DNA of 63,636 bases, the filler included, from Perkinsus chesapeaki ATCC PRA-425 (taxonomy: Eukaryota > Protista > Perkinsozoa): assembly GCA_013115145.1 (NCBI GenBank). It is 10 parts of 10 records of this genome, joined end to end, with 100 filler letters (N's around TTAATTAATTAA, not from the genome) between each part and the next. Parts side by side here need not be neighbours in the genome. Positions count along the whole stretch, not along the records: positions 26,800 to 32,764 come from JAAPAO010001114.1; positions 32,865 to 35,558 come from JAAPAO010001539.1; positions 35,659 to 47,094 come from JAAPAO010000845.1; 7 more parts are not named here. One strand, given 5' to 3'. The position numbers were made by a program, and so were the translations under genes. Positions 28,803 through 39,780 of the stretch are shown piece by piece. The notes below the pieces were generated by a model. It ran no database searches, was not told where the DNA came from, and saw only the letters and a program-made list of their open reading frames with translations. Every line of letters starts with the position of its first letter. The first letter of the stretch is position 1.

Positions 28803-29347
28803 GTGGTCGTGACAGCTTACCGGCATGGCTATCCCGTTGATGATATCAATCATCGAGACTGTTTCAATAGCAACCTGTGAGTGTGTGACTACTATGGCGA
28901 CCAAGGTCACACCGAAGACAACTGCTCCAAGAAGGAACTGATTGCGGACATGGTCGAGTTGGTCTCTCGCAGTATCACAGAGACCGATCCAGCCACATCG
29001 CGTAATATACTCGATCTAATCGGAAACAGGATGATGTTTAGTAAACATCAGGAATTTGCTGATGTTTACCCTTCACGATAGGCCAATGACATAGGCGCTG
29101 GCTTGATTATTCTAGTTCTCTTGAAGCTCCCCTCCACGGTGGGTGAGGCTTATGCCCTTCACAACATGAAGTCAACAGCTGGGTCGCTATTTAACGGGAT
29201 AATATCAAGCGAGGTTGAAAAACCTGGCTAATGCTCGTTACAGACATACGAACGCTACGCAACGACTGATGAACAGTACACCGCGATGAATCAAGACAGA
29301 TGAATCAAGAAATATCACTAACAAGATATCAGCCATTCGCTGACACT

Positions 29348-29512
29348 TCAGTAGCAGCATTTAGCGCAGTTAGCCTTGCATCTCAGAAAACCGCAGTCAC
29401 TTTTTTTGTCGAGCTGCCTGGTTCTGGCAGCGTTGTTATCAGACAATGCCGTGTAGCATAAACAAAGAAGTAAGAAGTAGAGGATGGTATGTTTGAGAAG
29501 GCTTGGCGACAT
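29348..29512 (-). CDS. Possible 54-aa secreted Cys-rich peptide
   Basis: MSPSLLKHTILYFLLLCLCYTALS signal-like, then DNNAARTRQLDKK-SDCGFLRCKANCAKCCY; the Cys-rich part could instead be an intron. Confidence 0.35.
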   Translation of the reverse strand: MSPSLLKHTILYFLLLCLCYTALSDNNAARTRQLDKKSDCGFLRCKANCAKCCY

Positions 29513-31501
29513 ACTGAAGTGTTTGATAATAAATAAAAGATGAATACTGAGTAAACACGAGACGGTGAAAACTTCCGGGAATGTGGGAAGGCTTCCCAAT
29601 CTCTATGCAGCTTCCCTCATAGCTACATTCATTCCCGCATGCCATAGCTACCGCGTTTTCTCCTGCGTTCTTTCTGCAGATGCCATTATCACCATAAGGT
29701 GTAGGGCTTTCAAAGATGTAACGTCAGAGTAAGCCCATGAGTCACTATTTCGTGGCCATTAGAATCAGTTTAACCGAATACCTTCGCGGAAAGTAAGGTT
29801 TTCTCAGCTCCTTCATGCGTGGTTGTTGAACACGCCGTGTCCGCGAGGAGCTGAATCAGTAGTATTGTTAAGAAGTACATAATGCTATAATAGGCAGTCT
29901 ATTTATTAGTGTAAGCTTGAATATTCCATGGGCAATTGTTCGATATCACCTCAGGTACTTTACCTGTGCTAGGATTTCAGTATAACTTAGTCGGTGTAGG
30001 TAGCTGAGAATGGTTATGGCGGAGTTTTTACTGTTAGCTATGTGATCTACAGTGTATACGATATCGATAGTCCAGAACGGGCAAATGTTATAATTTCATC
30101 ATTTCAGCGACTAAGAACATGAAGCTTCTAGGATGATGAGTCCTAACTTAGGACATAAAATGGTTTGTCAGGCTTAAGCATGACAAAACTATATTATAGT
30201 ATGACTTTATTATAGTGCCCACGAACACGCGCGAACATGTGTGCTTCGGTTCAAAGAATTCCCGCAGGATTATTCTTCGTTTTTGCAGTACTACTAGTAC
30301 TTTACTACCTTCTGAATTGGTAGTGGTGAGGCTTTCCGTGAGTTAAGGCGAGTGTGAGTTATTGTCTGGCTTTTGTCTGACTATTGACACTGTCAATAAC
30401 AATGTCCCAGACGCGAACAAGATCTTCCGGTCTCGGATTCGGACGCTCAACATTCAACTCGACGCCGCGAAATTGATGTTCCCAAGGACTAGATATCGGA
30501 AAGATGTAGCACCGGGACATCCGGCCCGCCCGGGATGTTTCCAAGCGACGCCTCTCCACAGCTTAGCGGCCGGTGAGGAACCTGATCGTGGATACAGTCT
30601 CTCGTTCTCACTTTGATTTGCTGCATTTGTGGTCGTGGCCAGAACTAGCTCGGAGTTTCCTGAATTCGGTGCACGGCTACGAATTGTAGCCTACAATAAT
30701 CATATAACGGCCTTATCGCTTCTGCGGATCTTCAAATCGATCCTTGTATGATAATGAATTAGTAATACAATTATACACGGTATATTATACCGCACCAATA
30801 TCTACATTTATCGCTGTTCACAAGTCGTGCAAACAGTTCCGTTAGATGTTTGACAGCCGGCCAAGTACAGCCAGGGAGTCCCTGGCGGGCACCAAGTACC
30901 GAAGTACTGCTATTATAGGTGCAGTACAAGTGAGGCACTGGCGAGTAGCACAAACATGGTTAGGCTGTTTAAACGGCTGAGCCTTAACTGCTCTTGTTTG
31001 TGTCCGAATCGGGCAAAGCGCCAAAGGCACTTAGCGGAGCTCACTTGGAAGGTCCGTTCGGGCTGCACGGACATTCCAAGCTGAACGTGAAACCCGAATT
31101 CACAAACCCAGCATTCAGCCAACCCGAATGTGCTGAACGATTCAGCACATTCGGTGATCCAATCGTAGAAAAACAGACGTGGTTGCGAGGAAATGGATCC
31201 ATCGTCTTATCTCGAAGCATAATCCTCACTCTTCTAAACGAGCGGGGCAACTCCTATCCGAACATAGGCACCATCCTGAAGGTTATGCAAAGACATATTC
31301 AACCGTTTCTAGGCCCTAGAATCTAGGGTGACATGTAAGCAACTTGCACGCGCTCGCGGGCGTACGCGCAGACCTTCCTCGAGAGTGACGCGCAGTTCTG
31401 GTGGTATTAAGCGTCACTCGCTTCCTCAAAGTGCTTAGTTGAGAGCGCAGGATCGCCATGCAGCTTCCATGTTAATTCTTTGCATATAACGATCTTCCTG
31501 C

Positions 31502-32209
31502 ATGAGGTTCACGGCTTTTTCATATCTGCTAACCACATTTCCATCTTACGCTTGGAAGCTTGACGTTTCACTCTACTACGAAGCCTACTGTCCAGCGTCA
31601 GTTGGGTTCGTCGTAGATACGCTGAAACCAGCCATGGACTCGGAATATATAGATGAACACATCAACCTGAACCTCGTGCCGTTTGGGAATGCTGGGTGAG
31701 TTATGTGCGAATGGCGGCAGCTACCACACTATTGTTGGCAGGTACGATCCAACTACAAAGGTTTACACTTGCCAGCATGGACCACAAGAGTGCAAGATTA
31801 ATCGTTTTCAAGGGTGCATTATAAAGTATAGTGGAGGAGACCAGCGGCAGGTGTTTAACGCCATTTATAAGGAAGAGTATGCTATAAAGCATATGAAGCG
31901 TAACTGGATGAACGACAGTGAGTTATCCTACTCCATGTTGGAAGTATCCTTTTCGAAGGTATCGCTGATCTTCCCCATCCTGATGCAGTCTGGAACTGCA
32001 TGAACAGTCAGAAGTCTTGGGATGTTGTCGAGGAGTTTGCCAACGGTAGTTTGAATTTCATTTCACTCGACTGGTCGACTCGCGCTATGTTTTTAGAGAC
32101 CCACTCCCTTCAACCCCCTCACGGATGGACTCCATGGCCCACAATCAACGGGAAACCCGTCAATGGCACGTTCACGTCTGCTTTGTGCGCAGCTTTTGAG
32201 GAGAAGTAA
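31502..32209 (+). CDS. GILT: Gamma-interferon-inducible lysosomal thiol reductase (GILT)-like protein, 3-4 exons
   Basis: Signal peptide; VSLYYEAYCPAS active site; LNLVPFGNA; CQHGPQEC; PPHGWTPWPTING; GT-AG introns restore the frame. Confidence 0.9.
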
Positions 32210-32764
32210 TTCCCAGATCGATATTTGCCTCTATAGCCGCTTGTCTCAGGGGTGGTAAATGTCCAGCAGCACGCTACATATAAACCCGAGTCGGGTTACC
32301 CAATTGATATCTGCCGGAGCGTAGATGCCTTTTTAGTCACTTCGTCACGAAGTAACTCCGTCGAAGTTCGTTATACACCAGGACCGCTCCAGCGGTTCCA
32401 AATCCACACTGTTCATCTCGTACCCTCGAGCTTGGGTACTATTTTCTTCGACGTAATGTAGCTATTGTGTTTGTATTCGTTTGTCAATAATATAAGGCTT
32501 CAAGATAGTATCTTGAAGATACCGTCCTGGACTGTAGGTCCTACAGTGTCCTGGGATGACTCCGGCGGGATTGCATCTAAGCTCTGTATTAGCCAGCCAG
32601 CTGCGGGACGCCCGGGAGCGATGTATCAAAAAGCCGATAGTAGCGGGACTGTACGAGACTCTGCCTTCCGAACAATGTCGTGAAACCCTTCCAAAGAGTT
32701 TGCTGTGTAAGCATGGGCCTTGCTGGTAATGGCCTCCAATTCCCAACAACCCGCTATCCGTTGT

Positions 32765-32864
32765 NNNNNNNNNNNNNNNNNNNNNNNNNNNNNNNNNNNN
32801 NNNNNNNNTTAATTAATTAANNNNNNNNNNNNNNNNNNNNNNNNNNNNNNNNNNNNNNNNNNNN
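32765..32864. other. Artificial contig linker
   Basis: N44-TTAATTAATTAA-N44. Confidence 0.98.
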
Positions 32865-32916
32865 GAATAAGCAGCGGGCTTACAAAGAGAAGTGGGTCGA
32901 GCTCGGTCTCCAGGAG

Positions 32917-34821
32917 GTGGCGGATGATCTAGCTTTTAATTTAGCATCGATTCTCTCCGAGCAGGGATACGGGCAGGTTGAGACACTCATGGAGACAGCG
33001 TCGAGGAGGTCACCATTGAGAGGCAGGCTCTTGGAGGTATTGAGTAAAGCGACATCACCAGCTGGGGCGAGTGAGGACTCCTACGGGGCAGTTGGAGTCA
33101 TGGGAGGAGCTGCTGTAGGTTTGCTGAAACCCATGGTGGAAAGCCCGAACTGCTGGCCGAGCTTTACCCCCAAGCCCTTGCGTAAAGGGGAGCCGACAGA
33201 TTTGGTGGAGTGGGACGGCCAGACAGATGCGCCGACTAGATTGAGACCGGAATTGTTGGATCTGACTTTGAAAAAAATAGACGAGGAATTGGAAGCGGGG
33301 CGCATGGAGAGGATTTCTCTACAAGAGGCAAATCGTAGGGATATGAAAGTGTTGACACCGTTGTCTAGCATTTTTAAAGATTCCTCCAAAACGAAGGTGC
33401 GGATGATCTCAAACTATAGAGTGAGTGGCGTCAACAGAAAAGTGGAGATGTCAACGACTACACTACTAGAGAGATTGGACGATTTGCAACGGAGTGTGTT
33501 AAATGTGGGAAAAGGGTAGTGTGGGAGTTCCCGAGGGACTGACATTTCCACATGCGAGAATATTGCAGTATGATGTCCAGAACGCTTACCGCTTGCTGGA
33601 CACGGATCCAGAGGAGAGGAAATGGCTTGCGGTATCAGACCCAGCGTCAACGAGCCAGCAAGAGTCGGTCCTGTGGGACAACTGTCTTCCATTCGGGTTA
33701 TCATCGGCATGCTTAGCCTTTACGCGGTATAACGCGGCAGCTCACAGGGTGCAGAGGAGAGTCGTCGGGAGCAGAATGCTGAAAGGGGCGATAGGCCTAT
33801 GCTATGTGGATGACTCGGCTTGGCGGGTGTTTGATTGGGTACAGATTATCGCTCTATTACTCATACCGTTAGGCTAACGGCGTTAGCTGTAGGGCTCCGT
33901 TTGGAATTCTCAAAGTTGGTGCTGTCGGATTCGCATGTAGAATTTCTCGGTTACGCGATCAACTTGGATCAGGCGGAAGGCTTGGCGACCCTGGGAGTTC
34001 CGGATGAAAAGCGTGAGATAATAAGAGAGTCGATTGCTAAGATAGAATCTTCAGGCTGGGTGGCGAGAGAAGAGCTGAGCAAGTTGGTGGGACGTTTGAG
34101 CTTTACGACCCAACTATTGATTCAACATAAGCCTTGGTTATCAGCTCTTTATGCCTTGTCCGCGGTGATGGACAAGGAAAACCTCAGAAAAGTGAGGCTA
34201 GGTGGGCAGACTCAGGTCACTCTCAGATTTTTTTACTATATTTTAGCCGGTCCCTGCACTATAATACCAAGGGGTTCCAGTGAGTCTGAGTGGTTTGCGG
34301 ACACAGATGCATCATTGGGAGGTATTGGCGGTTTCTTCGGAAACAAGCTGAGTGGGGAGGTTTGGTGGTTTTCATTGAAAGAGTGTGAGCGGCCACAAAC
34401 TTGGGCGACTATCTTGCGACTTGGACAGTCAGTAGACAATCAGGAGGTCAAGAGCGGTTGGATATGTTTTCTGGAGATCGTAGCTTTGGCATGCGCAGTC
34501 CTTGGGATAGAAGCGGTTCAAAAGCAAGGTGGAGCGCCGGAGTCTATATTGGTGAGGTGCTTCGCGGATAATGTAGCGGCAGTGCAGATGTGCAACAGGT
34601 GGAGGTCCAGTAGCAAACTCATGCAGATTCCTCTCAGTTGGATTCATAATTGGGCAGGGAGAGTAACTGGAACGCATATCCCTGGTATTTCTAACGTGGT
34701 TGCAGATAGCTTGAGCAGGCAGTCTAGAGAATTTATTACGGAGCACATCCCGAGAACTTGGAAAGAGATAGGTATTTCGGACGCGTTACTCGCCTGCGTC
34801 GCCAACGGTCGGGAGATCTGA
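32917..34821 (+). CDS. Reverse transcriptase-RNase H of a DIRS-order retrotransposon, split by two frame changes (near 33513 and 33838)
   Basis: KVRMISNYR, YDVQNAY, CLPFGLSSA, CYVDD, VEFLGY, LSKLVGRLSF; RNase H TDASLGGIG, FLEIVA, FADNVAAV, HIPGISNVVADSLSR. Confidence 0.92.
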
Positions 34822-34999
34822 AGATGGCGTGGCGGCCACTTCAAGAGCGAGGCTCTTCGTTGTCGTCGAGTCGAGTGAACCTACCTCCAGGACAACACTC
34901 CTGCCCCTGGCCTCTCCATTAGTTTCATTAAGCTTTGCTTGAGTGGTAGTGTTCGAGAATGGCGGTTATTCATGGTAGTTTTGTTCGCCGCAAATTTCA

Positions 35000-35558
35000 A
35001 TGGCACCCGCCGGGGGTTTCGACGATCGTATGGAGGGGGCGGCAGAGTCTTTCCGAGCAAGAGCAGAAGCGAGGAGGGTAGAGGATAGGAAAGCCTTGTT
35101 GGCAGACTCCATAAAAGAGAGGACTAATCAATCGTACCAAACGGCTGTAAACTATTATGAAAGGTTACACGGAGAGATAAGCGTGAGCAACCCGCTGACC
35201 GTTCTAAAGATCATGGATATGATCGTATAATACGATTCGTATTCTTGACGGAGCAAGGTAACATCTTACCGAGCACGTTACGGAAATATGTCGCGGGTTT
35301 GAAAACCATAGGGGTGTCGCTGGCGCGCGCGCTCCATCCTTAAATGATGTCACGTCACCCCCCATCAGTCCGTTCATTGCATTCATTGCAATCTTATCCA
35401 TATTCCGCCTCATGTCAAGTTCGTCAATGGGGGATTTCGGGTTCGCCGGCGATGCCGACGACATGGTGCCCAGACCCCAGGTTGCTTGAGTGTGTTGTTG
35501 AAGCTCCGGGTCTGCTAGTCACGGTAAGCCTGGGTCCGACAAAAACCCAGATTAATGA
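35000..35558 (+). CDS. Tyrosine recombinase of the same element (N-terminal part, cut by contig end, with frameshifts)
   Basis: SIKERTNQSYQTAVNYY and LPSTLRKYVAGLK (integrase SAM-like N-domain pattern); VTVSLGPTKTQ resembles the catalytic-Lys strand; follows RT-RH as in DIRS/Ngaro elements. Confidence 0.7.
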
Positions 35559-35658
35559 NNNNNNNNNNNNNNNNNNNNNNNNNNNNNNNNNNNNNNNNNN
35601 NNTTAATTAATTAANNNNNNNNNNNNNNNNNNNNNNNNNNNNNNNNNNNNNNNNNNNN
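35559..35658. other. Artificial contig linker
   Basis: N44-TTAATTAATTAA-N44. Confidence 0.98.
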
Positions 35659-35671
35659 TCCAAACTGACAG

Positions 35672-35852
35672 GATCGTGGGTTTCATGATCCACAGATCAT
35701 CCGAATGATCTATGATCCTGCTACGTGATCCCCAATCTATTGATCTGAGCTAAAAGATCAGGTTCACGCCAGAAAATCATTGCGTTGATCGTTTTTCGTG
35801 ATCTATTTCTCAGGATCACGCGTGGATCAGGATCCGCATACCGGCCCTGATC
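35672..35852. repeat. GATC cluster (14 sites in 181 bp)
   Basis: Counted by eye; fewer than 1 expected at random. Confidence 0.9.
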
Positions 35853-35876
35853 GGATTGCAGCCTCACTTCCTCCTG

Positions 35877-36160
35877 AGTTGGAGTTTCTAGCTTGATCCT
35901 CCTGAATTAATGAATCCCTCCGGTCCTCCCAGGCTGCACAGTGTAGCTAAACGGACATGGTGTCCTCGCGAATCGTCCACGATTGTAGCGCTTATAGCAC
36001 GATATAAGCTTCCGTTCACAGCTAGTTGCAGTCTGTTATGTAGCCCGCAATTCTACTTAGTATCTATTGTCGCAGGATGCTAGCGAAATCTTGTCGCTAT
36101 CAGAATTCTCGGAAGCATACTATTCGTGACCCATAATTGCCTCTGTCCCGTTTGGTTGAA
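35877..36160. repeat. Hairpin-rich dispersed repeat, copy A
   Basis: Shares CTTGATCCT.CTGAATTA, TGTAGCTA, CACGATTGTAGCG, TTGCAGTCTG, CATAATT and TCTGTCCCG blocks with copies B and C. Confidence 0.75.
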
Positions 36161-37389
36161 GCCAGGAGCTGGCACGAGCTTCGTACCACGAGGCTTTCAT
36201 TGTGGTGCAGTTTTACAGGTTCAAAGCCATTTTTGGCCTCACGTGCATTGCCCACGGGAACTTCCCGTATCAACTTCCGTACTGTTGAGTCAGCAGGCGA
36301 GCAGGAGAGTTGTTAACAAAGTGGTGAACGAGCAACTATTATCATGCATCATGTCAAGTTCCGCGGAAGGGTTACACATACTCCTTCCCGCCTCAGGCGA
36401 GCCGCCTGGCACAAGAAAGACGGGTCTTCGTTAATGTACCAGCTGTTCTGATACCAGCTTTTCCGACTGTCCACGGCTACCGGCAAGATACTCTATAGCT
36501 GCTATAATAGCCTGCATCACTAAGCGCTACCAGTGGCAGGGTAGGCATGACGGTCAGCAGGTGCTCTACACGAGCTAGTATCGTGCTATCAATTAATCAA
36601 TCAATAATCATCTTGACTATCTAACCATTTCTTCTAGCGTGCTTGCGGGCTAACCATCTTCACACCGTGTGAATCACACATCACATCTTCAACAATGTGC
36701 TGTTCTTGTGCTCTGTGTGGTGGCAGAGCCAAGGTGCACTTACGCGCTCTTCTCATTACGAAGGCCTTCAAGAAGCTGAGGCACCTTCGAAATGAGGTGA
36801 CAGACAATAAAAGTTTCCGTGGTCACCCAGACCGCTCCGCAGTTCTTGCATTGTTGGAAGTCTCAAGAGTAATCTAAGTTCCCGAATATCCAAGGATGAG
36901 GGTGAGCAATGGACTGTCTGCGAGCTCCGAGTGCTTCGCGAAAGAGGAAAAAGGTTTCGGTGAAAGGTTGTTTGGAAATCATTCGAGTGGACGTCTAGCA
37001 TTTTCAAACTGTGTTTCGGAGATGACATTTCCACTGCTACGGCATAGTACTACCAACCACCTGTTTGGACAAATCCGGGTTATTGAAGAGGCTGCTTGGG
37101 CTTCTGCTACATCTCATCATTATACCAAAAGAAGATGCTACGAAAAGGAGGGGATTATTGTTATCATTTTGTTTGCTTCCACACTCGTATATTAATTTAT
37201 TTCTGACTCAGTGGTGGGCCTTGCGTTGGAACTTATTGACACTAGCGGTGCACACCACAATACTCAGCAATTCTAAGAAATCCGATCTATATTTGGGTGG
37301 AGAGCAGAATCGGCTCTTATCCAGCTGAAGAGCTTTAGAATCAAGGTCAACCCGAGCCAACAAAATAACTTACAGACTGTGAGTCACAG

Positions 37390-38271
37390 CTATACTGAAA
37401 TAGAATCTGAAATATAAGTATACGGGAAATGAAATGTGCTTATGGGAGTCCTAATGAAAGCATCCGCCTTCCCAAGTAGACGCCACTTGTGAAGGTCATT
37501 CTTCACAGTGCGAAGGCTTAACTCGATTGATGCACCGGCACTTGTAAACGGAATACCCGGAATACTTTCTTCATAGGAGGCCGACATGTTGAAACCCGTA
37601 TTGTAGGATTTACCGGCGAAGACCTCGCTTGTCTGAAGCGGGACAGTCTCCACGTCCATAACAAGATAACCATAAGCATACAGGTTGAAGTGGACATTGG
37701 ATGCAAATGTGTCTCGCATCATTACGAGCTGGCCAGGGTTATAAACATCATTGACATCGGTGGCAAGAGAGATAGTTAACGCAGCTTTACCCTTGTCACC
37801 ATAGGAGATGAGTTCAGCTTGACCAGCAGCCTCAGCGTCGAGCTTCTGCACCTCTTTATCTTCATAGGAAGCTGTGAAGCCAATAGATGTACTTTCTTTC
37901 GGGTTGAGTATGTCGAAATAGTCGACACTAGCGTGGACTATTGTTGTTTTGGTTGTGTCGCCTGTCGATTTGTTTTGACCTTGAAGTGAGCCGTGGAAGC
38001 AATAAGGATAGCTTTCATTCCGGTTGGTTGGGGTACAATTAGCCGGGAAGGAGAAAGTGCCATTGGACGACACGGAAGCTTGTTGGACACCTTTTTCGAA
38101 AGAGGCAACTCGTTCCTCCTCGAGTTTCTTGTTCTCATCCTCGGCCTTCTTCAGGGTTTCAATCATATCCGACAGTGTATCATCATCGAACGAAAAGCTT
38201 TGATTGGGATGATTCTCGATGATGGCAACCGAGCTCGTTAAGCAGAACATGATGAGTGAGATTACTGTCAT
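37390..38271 (-). CDS. Intronless 293-aa secreted orphan protein, paralog 1
   Basis: Signal MTVISLIMFCLTSSVA; acidic helical segment; Cys pair; beta-strand-rich remainder; clear paralog at 44715-45632. Confidence 0.85.
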   Translation of the reverse strand: MTVISLIMFCLTSSVAIIENHPNQSFSFDDDTLSDMIETLKKAEDENKKLEEERVASFEKGVQQASVSSNGTFSFPANCTPTNRNESYPYCFHGSLQGQNKSTGDTTKTTIVHASVDYFDILNPKESTSIGFTASYEDKEVQKLDAEAAGQAELISYGDKGKAALTISLATDVNDVYNPGQLVMMRDTFASNVHFNLYAYGYLVMDVETVPLQTSEVFAGKSYNTGFNMSASYEESIPGIPFTSAGASIELSLRTVKNDLHKWRLLGKADAFIRTPISTFHFPYTYISDSISV

Positions 38272-38822
38272 GATTGAGGGGAAGCTTCTAGGTAAGAGAA
38301 AGACCTGCGAGTAAACACAATATTATGCTCCAGAAAACGAAGCATTTTTACTGAAAACATATTTCAATATAGGATATTGTAAAATTCAGAATCTGAATCA
38401 CAGTCCACAGTAAAGCTTTAGCCGACCGCTAAAGCTGTGACCGTCTGGACTATTTTGTACGCATGCGCCTGTCCCGCAACGTAAGAACTTTTGTCACTGA
38501 GGCTCGGCAGCGTTTTATACAGCAAAGACGTAAGTTGGCTATCAATCGTAAGCAGTAATAAAGGTCGTAAAGAGTAGACCAAGAAAGGATGTACGATGCA
38601 TGTAGAGAAGAATGTGCGCAAAAAATCTAATATTTGTGAACCTCAGCTGATGGGACAGCTCATTGCGGTCACATACATGACAGCGCCGTCGGGAATTTCG
38701 GCCCGGAGCTCCACAGTCGAGCTTCGACTGCGATCACTCGAGAGCGTCGACCTCGTTGTGTTCTTCAACGGTATCGAGATACTCGAATTGTAGCCTACAA
38801 TTTGTAGGCTATCTTTCTCCTA

Positions 38823-39215
38823 GGTTGGAGATTCAAACTTGATCCTACTGAATTACTGAACTCCTCGGGTCCGTCCAGATTCCACGGTGTAGCTAACAGA
38901 CTGCCGTTCCTATCAGGTCATGGATAGGCCACGGATCCGATCCGTCGGATCGTGAGCCACGATTGTAGCGCTCCAAATGCGAGCTGTCTATCATGGTAAA
39001 TTGCAGTCTGCCATGTAGCATAATTTTCAGCAGAATACCATGTGTCTGTCCCGATTGGTAGATGAAAAGAGCTAAGACAAGGCTCAGCCTTGAAGGCTGC
39101 GAATATTGTGCACTATCACGGTGAAACTCTGCCAATATGGTGACGGTGAAACTCTCCCCAAGCCGTTGTCGGCTTCATATGTATTGCCGACGGAAATTTC
39201 TTATTGCAGTTTCAT
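38823..39215. repeat. Hairpin-rich dispersed repeat, copy B
   Basis: See copy A; also shares GAGCTAA and TTGTCGGC.TCATA.GTATTGC with copy C. Confidence 0.75.
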
Positions 39216-39394
39216 TAAGATACTATTCCATTACAATGGGGTGGTTGCACTTCTGCAGAACTTTTCCACGCGCTGAAAATGTCTTATTCAAATGGTCTTG
39301 GGAACGCTCGAGCCGATATCACTCGAGAGCCGCGATATCGTTGTGTTCTGAAACGGCATCGATGCACTTGAGTTGCAGTTCAACTTTGCCTTAA

Positions 39395-39780
39395 GTTTGA
39401 GGTTCAAACTTGATCCTACTGAATTATTAAGCTCCTCCTGTCCATCCAAACTGCACATAGCTGGTAGCTAGACGGCCATGACGACTCGTCATGGATCGTG
39501 AGTCACGAGTGTAGCACTTTTATGCGAGCTGTCCATCTGATGGACATCGCACTGCGAGATGCAGCCTGCAATGCTGTTCAGTAACCAACGGTTACTAACC
39601 ATACTATGGTTGCAGGACTCTTGCGTATCTCGTCGCTGCCATAATTTTCGGCACAACACCCTGTATCTGTCCCGATTAGTGGATCATAAGAGCTAAAACA
39701 ACGCTACGCCTCCAACTTGGACGCTCCAAGTCATTGTCGGCCTCATAGGTATTGCGACGGGAGTTTCCTGTTCAGTTTAA
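39395..39780. repeat. Hairpin-rich dispersed repeat, copy C
   Basis: TTCAAACTTGATCCTACTGAATTA is identical to copy B. Confidence 0.75.

Noticed and set aside
33507-33513. G GGA AAA as a canonical -1 slippery site
   Set aside because: The downstream RT frame is +1, not -1
33832-33842. Programmed -1 frameshift between YVDD and the rest of the RT
   Set aside because: No slippery heptamer and no phase-compatible GT-AG intron; one missing G in GGG explains it, and similar homopolymer slips occur at 35206, 48575 and 56380-56392
32765-35658. Functional linkage of genes across contigs (e.g. GILT with the YR element, mucins with GH18)
   Set aside because: They are separated by artificial linkers, so adjacency is meaningless
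35672-35852. Bacterial oriC (Dam-site cluster) from a contaminant
   Set aside because: No DnaA-box array or AT-rich unwinding element; contiguous with eukaryote-like repeats on the same contig
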